From Thermoproteota archaeon (GTDB lineage: Archaea > Asgardarchaeota > Njordarchaeia > Njordarchaeales > Panguiarchaeaceae): a stretch of DNA of 11,406 nucleotides. The notes beneath the pieces are model-generated. The model was given only the letters and a program-made list of their open reading frames with translations, made no database searches and had not been told where the DNA came from. The position numbers and the translations under genes are program-made. The stretch is from NCBI GenBank assembly GCA_024720975.1, contig JANJXX010000017.1, forward strand, positions 1-11,406. The letters run 5' to 3'. Numbering within the stretch: the stretch's first letter is position 1; each line of letters starts with the position of its first letter. This document shows, one piece after another, positions 7,401 to 11,406 of the stretch.

Positions 7401-8429
7401 ACCATTGTGTATTACAAGATATCCCAATATTGAAATTTCTGAGTTTACTAGGTATGTTATTCCTGGAGAATATAGAGCAACTTCAAAAACGGTGGAATTC
7501 ATGATGTAAGCTCCTGAGTATATACTGGGTATGGATGATTCTATGTACATGTTCGTTTGCAAATAATCTATGAATGAACTTATAATCGTAAGATTGCCGC
7601 GGGAGGTTGAATAGACAGAGTAGATTTCATTTCTTTCTATATGAGCTAACGAGCAATCATGCATTTCTATTGAGTAAAGTTCTGAATTCTTAGAGTGTAA
7701 GTAAGCCATGTTGTACAAAAAAACGTACGTTTGGTTTAGATGGGCTTCGGTTAGAGTGATTCTTGAGGAACCATATGCATAGAACATGTTGGAGGAGCTG
7801 TCGCTATAAGTTTTGTTTAATATTGCAACGGAGTGATCATAGGCTTGTATTGTGCAATGAAAGTTTATTTCTGATATATAAGCAGTAGCGTTATCATGGA
7901 GTTTTATTTCAGACATTCTAAGATCCGCTTCTATGTATAACCGACTGTGTTCAAAACATTCGATCCACGCAGTATAGTAGGTATATGGTGCTCTTATGAG
8001 TGCTTTAGAACTTCCGTTCATAATGATGCTTAATGCGCCTAGGGTATCTCCCTCGGCTAATTTAAGGTAGGAGTTATCGAGCAGCATTATCGTTAGTCCG
8101 CCACTCAGCAGCCTAAAGTTTTCCAGGATGACACATGCGTTGTCCCTTACAATTATCAATGGCGAATCGATAAACTCTACGTTTTGAATGAGAACTTTAG
8201 ATTCATTAGCAACCTCTACTATTCCACTTATAGTGCTATCGCTGATGAAGGCGCTGTAAACAGAAGGTACTGTTTCATATCGGCATCCTGACCAAGCAAC
8301 GATAGGTTCTTCGTTAATTAATTCTGTTTGAGAAAAGGTTTTCGTAATGGGTATATTCTCTGCAATTACGCCGGATGCAGAGTATATGGCTACTATTAAG
8401 ATTAGCAATCCGATGAGGAGTCTTCTCAT
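4497..8429 (-). CDS. Large secreted, C-terminally anchored cell-surface protein (~1310 aa): probable parallel beta-helix plus two Ig-like domains, TM helix and Arg tail
   Basis: Start placed at ATG 8429 because a signal peptide (MRRLLIGLLILIVAIYSASGVIA) begins there and AAGGTAAG lies upstream. Short I/N/S-rich repeats (AYDHSVAILN, AYGSSRITLT, IxNSxI). C-terminal DKKPPII and EPPVI...WTARDASPNTYKLYIDG domains, PTPAP linker, TM helix, RRRRA. Many N-x-S/T sequons. Confidence 0.88.
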   Translation of the reverse strand: MRRLLIGLLILIVAIYSASGVIAENIPITKTFSQTELINEEPIVAWSGCRYETVPSVYSAFISDSTISGIVEVANESKVLIQNVEFIDSPLIIVRDNACVILENFRLLSGGLTIMLLDNSYLKLAEGDTLGALSIIMNGSSKALIRAPYTYYTAWIECFEHSRLYIEADLRMSEIKLHDNATAYISEINFHCTIQAYDHSVAILNKTYSDSSSNMFYAYGSSRITLTEAHLNQTYVFLYNMAYLHSKNSELYSIEMHDCSLAHIERNEIYSVYSTSRGNLTIISSFIDYLQTNMYIESSIPSIYSGAYIMNSTVFEVALYSPGITYLVNSEISILGYLVIHNGTLIVNETHVISTSNYNNFVNVSSSIESAYILSKFVADNASLVIINRYSADVLLIGVESAKIYDASTVTSLKSNVFVENTTMSGTFFMYDNTDLHVRNSTLQNSSVLTSNSRIFVESSQLYLNITLLKSEAEFKDATISAQGVLAVESNIYLNRTNTMIEDMNINGRIIFEGSNATITRAYVAFILINGSFVISNGIITSATNLDGILSGIFARETNILINENNIYSIGAIRCNLIFENYSALSSSLIELQDHSNLTIKANIKPLIRIVTHDFSEIKIENSSLEGVYGKYAVIEIKNSSMNYLSLDESHGIIYRSSISGITIDKIDIEVSESTINIIEALEGSVRINHSNVGEVELGTPQDYFVAHKIRATALFVDGSEIDRIASFGGTIHIANSTVGSIISIFTNVSITNHSNVDFAWENFLITATGNVVINSNYIPPGTYVCLLSVDASSNVNMTEPVILTNVSALNLTIINSSFVAIWGLNAALHVINSTIATVLRLLEAQCVELTHVYVDAAAVEGNIIRINNLTAQHLLILGAENAIIQNFSVEYIFCAPNLEMIMNPWVIPPEPMPTTYIDLSTGDAYFASLLYVSGSIKNTHIENAHTLCASVSLNEAILSTLHAIYSNLTITTSTILELMLYESTHITIYDSSVQFIETHTWTYYPIYPMDEYLHAIKSTINTTYVHYSIIDAIVSLQGPRLDVPFLRTIYENTTLGELRSAIIDIYGLSLVNITGFKNVTIEALRVYCKMDKKPPIITVQVSTPIVYELGIEKNLIFTINDDSPKEYWILLNDSEVLRNTYSSGVQITISLQDFINSPGNYLARIYASDQFGNVNSVDVPIIVYPMEPPVIVFAPPRIINITVGESIELSWTARDASPNTYKLYIDGNLSASGAWLSDIPVKYNFTASEVRKYNVTIIFKDQLDQTTVDSIIINVKPTPAPVTMTAIIAIVAIVGLAALAAFLLRRRRA

Positions 8430-8451
8430 ATATCTTACCTTGTCACATAAT

Positions 8452-8497
8452 TCATTCACCTCGACATGTTCTGTGTAGAAATCATGTCGAGGTATGA
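8452..8497 (-). promoter_or_regulatory. 5'-leader hairpin covering a GAGGTGA SD motif
   Basis: Perfect 11-bp inverted repeat ACCTCGACATG (8458-8468) / CATGTCGAGGT (8483-8493), with inner TTCT/AGAA and outer TCAT/ATGA pairings. Confidence 0.6.
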
Positions 8498-8517
8498 TAG
8501 GGAAGGGTAAAAAAAGC

Positions 8518-8538
8518 TTTATAAATATATCTTTTTTG
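8518..8538 (-). promoter_or_regulatory. BRE/TATA promoter of the large surface-protein gene
   Basis: Minus strand CAAAAAAGATATATTTATAAA: purine-rich run followed by a TATA-like box. Predicted start site ~8495-8500. Confidence 0.55.
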
Positions 8539-8625
8539 GCAGTCATATAGAAGTGAATATAAATCCGCAAATGAATTGCATAAGTTAATTTTACGCATGC
8601 ATATGTGGTATCCTACTCAAAAAGT

Positions 8626-9855
8626 TTAAGGTACTTCATTAAGTGGTAGGGGATATTGCTTTAGTGCTTCTTCGTAAAGTCCTAGAACGAAGTACTTGGC
8701 GGCAGCAAAATTGTCGGGAATGTATCTTAGTATGTCTTGTCTTACTTCATTAGTCAGGTATTTCATTGAGGAGATTGATCCTAACTGACTATACACAGCT
8801 GGGTCTTCTTCTGAAAGCCTCTTAATCTTCGATAGATATTCGCTAATGATTTCTTCATGTCGATCGTGATTTGTTCGAAGCTCGATCTTTGTCAGGACGT
8901 AAAGTATTAGGTGGCTCTGAAGATCCTTATATAAGCTCTTTAGGTACTCAGCTGCGAAACTCTCGTCCTTGAATCTGTCTGAGCGACTTAAAAGATCGAA
9001 GACGAACAGGATGCTATTGATAATGTTGATACCTCTGCTAATGTCTTTACTTAATCTTTCAGGCGATGGTGGTATTATAAAATCAAATATACCATATCTT
9101 CTAGTGGCTCTTTTTCTGAGCTCATTCAAACGTAGTAATATCTCCTTGAAGACCTCTTTTCTTCCCAGAAAGTAAATGTTCTTAGCTAGTACTGGAGCCG
9201 CTTGTAAGAGCTCCAAATCGTCAAGGCTCAGTCTCAGACGCTCAAGGAGAGATTCAACTTCATAGCTTGCTATGCCTTTTCTGAAGGCAGAAGAGACTAA
9301 CAAAGTTGATGTAAACGTTTTTCTAAGTATGTCTGGGATCCTTTCATCTCTTCCGTACCTCCTTACGATATCCCCAGTAAAAGGTAGGACGGAATCCATG
9401 CAGTACCTAAATGTCATAAAGTCAAGCAGGATTGCTATTTGAGGTGAACTATGAAGCTTTAGCCTCTCTTCAAGAAGGTTTATGAATAGCCCCTTGTACA
9501 ACTCTTCAGATCCAGTATATCCTATTACTAAAGCTAGGGTATCTAGATGCTTGTATGAAAATATAGTCGCCTTAGCTATCACACCCCTATTAACCGTCTC
9601 GAAGTTGCTGCCGATATAAATCAGGGCGCCTAGTGGGTGAAAGTTTAGTGCCTTCTCTAACACATCGGTATCAACATGCACTTGCGTGTTGGAATTCAAG
9701 TGTATATGCGCCTCAGCTCTGAGTAGAGGACTCTTGATATAGTTAATGTATTCCTCACACCTAAGTATCCTAACGAGGGAAACTAAGAATAGATCGTGTA
9801 GTAGTGGATCACACTGCAGAAGCTTCTCAGCGAAGTTTAGCATCAGGTTTTCCAA
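8626..9855 (-). CDS. Hypothetical soluble, predicted all-alpha protein (409 aa)
   Basis: Long Leu/Glu/Arg-rich ORF. TTG start with AGGTG at 9863-9867. No catalytic motif recognised. Confidence 0.82.
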   Translation of the reverse strand: MENLMLNFAEKLLQCDPLLHDLFLVSLVRILRCEEYINYIKSPLLRAEAHIHLNSNTQVHVDTDVLEKALNFHPLGALIYIGSNFETVNRGVIAKATIFSYKHLDTLALVIGYTGSEELYKGLFINLLEERLKLHSSPQIAILLDFMTFRYCMDSVLPFTGDIVRRYGRDERIPDILRKTFTSTLLVSSAFRKGIASYEVESLLERLRLSLDDLELLQAAPVLAKNIYFLGRKEVFKEILLRLNELRKRATRRYGIFDFIIPPSPERLSKDISRGINIINSILFVFDLLSRSDRFKDESFAAEYLKSLYKDLQSHLILYVLTKIELRTNHDRHEEIISEYLSKIKRLSEEDPAVYSQLGSISSMKYLTNEVRQDILRYIPDNFAAAKYFVLGLYEEALKQYPLPLNEVP

Positions 9856-9995
9856 TAAATAACACCTAATTACAGTCCCAAGAAATAGAGCTTAAAAATG
9901 ATGAATATATTGGAGCTGTTCCTCTGGTGATTCTACAGAAGAGTTCTTAATCTGTGTGGAGCTGAAGTTATTAACGAAGCAACTAGAATTACGTC

Positions 9996-10009
9996 AAAAA
10001 ATGAAGAAG
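9996..10009 (-). terminator. Candidate oligo-T terminator after the repeat-protein gene
   Basis: Minus strand CTTCTTCATTTTTT begins ~30 nt downstream of the TAG at 10042-10044. Confidence 0.4.
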
Positions 10010-10041
10010 TGGATTTGTGCTTTTTAAAGTTGTCTGGCTCC

Positions 10042-11406
10042 CTACTTTGTTTTTAACTCCTCTGAGATCATTCTCGTTATGAACTCTTTTCTATCTGGTG
10101 CTCGGTATTCGAAGATTCCTTTCTCTATCATCCTAAGTATCTTTATTACTTCTCTAACTTGCCATGGTAGCATTAGCCATGAGATTATCCTATAACTACC
10201 ATATGAGAATGCTGCCATGAGAATCACTAGCATCGGATATAGGAACATATTGGCTATGTATATAGGTCCTACCTTAGTTGAGCCTGAGACATAGTCCATA
10301 AATACTTTGATAGTGGGTTTCGTATAGATAATTTTGTCGTAGGGGATCCATCTACCGTATACTTTAACAGACTCTATGTGTACTGTTATTATCCATACGT
10401 ATCCTGGTGGAAAGTCTGCCCAATCAATTGTGACTGAGAAAACGCCGTATCCTAAGGCATTAGCAGTGTAAATTCTTGAGATTCCAGCTTGCTCGCTAGT
10501 TACTATGATTGCGATGTTAGCATCTTCTACCGGAACTCCATTGTGGAGCACTGATAACGTTACCCTCGATATTTTATGCTCATCTATAAGTTGTACCTTG
10601 AATATGCTCTGTGGAGGAGCCTCTGCAACGTTTACGCTAAGTGTTAATTTTTCAACAGTCACGGCCACTGTTACTGTTTGTGAGCGATAATATTGCTTTG
10701 AGAGGTAGATCTTCACCAGTACTGAAAATGGAAGCTCTGCTGCTTCAAACTGCTGCACTAATTCTAATAACTCGAGTGTATCTATACTTAGCCTGAAGGC
10801 GCCTGAAATATCAACTATAAGAGTACCGTGTTTCAATAAGTAGCCCTTATAGTAAATCTCGAATGATGCATCGGCATCAATTATTGGTTGCTGAGTTTCA
10901 TATTCCATGTACCAAACAGCTATATCTGCATACTCTCCATAGGAAAGCTCATACGTATCTTTCGGAACGACTGCATATGTTGGTATTGGGTTAATAATGA
11001 CTGTCACAGTTATCGTTTGTGGTTGATAGTGGACTTTGGATAGGAATATTGTGACTGAGAATGTTCCAATGAAGCCTATGTTTGTCGTTGGTATAAATAG
11101 CAGGTATGTTCCGTTTCCAAGGTCTAGTAAGCTACCACTTGAATAGTAGTTTACGTCCACACCTATCATTTCGTATGATGCATTGGCCCCAGCTACTAGT
11201 CCGCCAAATCCTAGGTCCTCGTAGTAGAATCTGATAGATATATCCTGTCCATAGATTAGAGATAGCTTGGTAGTTTCTGCGACTGCATATGTTGGTATTG
11301 GGTTAATAATGACTGTCACAGTTATCGTTTGTGGTTGATAGTGGACTTTGGATAGGAATATTGTGACTGAGAATGTTCCAATGAAGCCTATGTTTGTCGT
11401 TGGTAT
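10042..11406 (-). CDS. 3' part of a large membrane-anchored surface protein with tandem ~104-aa Ig-like repeats (5' end outside the window)
   Basis: The frame is open to 11406 (IPTTNIGFIGTFSVTIFLSKVHYQPQTIT precedes the track's GTG 11319). Repeated beta-sandwich-like units end in SKxxYxxQTxTVxV. C-terminal TM helix (FLYPMLVILMAAFSYGSY) and a short charged tail. Confidence 0.88.
   Translation of the reverse strand: MPTTNIGFIGTFSVTIFLSKVHYQPQTITVTVIINPIPTYAVAETTKLSLIYGQDISIRFYYEDLGFGGLVAGANASYEMIGVDVNYYSSGSLLDLGNGTYLLFIPTTNIGFIGTFSVTIFLSKVHYQPQTITVTVIINPIPTYAVVPKDTYELSYGEYADIAVWYMEYETQQPIIDADASFEIYYKGYLLKHGTLIVDISGAFRLSIDTLELLELVQQFEAAELPFSVLVKIYLSKQYYRSQTVTVAVTVEKLTLSVNVAEAPPQSIFKVQLIDEHKISRVTLSVLHNGVPVEDANIAIIVTSEQAGISRIYTANALGYGVFSVTIDWADFPPGYVWIITVHIESVKVYGRWIPYDKIIYTKPTIKVFMDYVSGSTKVGPIYIANMFLYPMLVILMAAFSYGSYRIISWLMLPWQVREVIKILRMIEKGIFEYRAPDRKEFITRMISEELKTK
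10968..11406. repeat. Intragenic tandem repeat, period 312 bp (104 codons)
   Basis: 10968-11094 is identical to 11280-11406 (127 bp); the second copy is cut by the window end. Confidence 0.95.

Noticed and set aside
8430-8570. 47-codon N-terminal extension of the large ORF in the track
   Set aside because: It spans the TATA box and leader hairpin and would bury the signal peptide, so ATG 8429 is preferred.
6733-10690. ORFs 6733..7044, 8969..9175 and 10505..10690 (+)
   Set aside because: Short antisense shadows inside long, well-supported minus-strand genes.
1-11406. CRISPR array, intact transposase or integrase
   Set aside because: No regularly spaced short repeats with unique spacers, and no recognisable transposase or integrase ORF.

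Overview
AT-rich archaeal window: GGTG/AGGTGA Shine-Dalgarno (SD) motifs, TTTATA-type TATA boxes and oligo-T terminators. The style of the surface proteins suggests an Asgard-like lineage (inference). Left to right it contains: a partial membrane-protein gene running off the left edge; a small protein with an 11-Cys hydrophobic C-terminal domain (halocin C8/saposin-like pattern); an MFS transporter; a ~200-nt GC-rich structured element with a K-turn and its own TATA box, which looks like an orphan IS200/IS605 TnpB omega-RNA; a divergent EamA/DMT transporter; two small convergent hypothetical genes; a ~1310-aa secreted, membrane-anchored beta-helix/Ig-like protein whose leader hairpin hides an SD; a 409-aa helical hypothetical protein; and the 3' end of a tandem-repeat surface protein cut by the window end inside an exact repeat. 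All family assignments come from reading motifs by eye; no searches were run.
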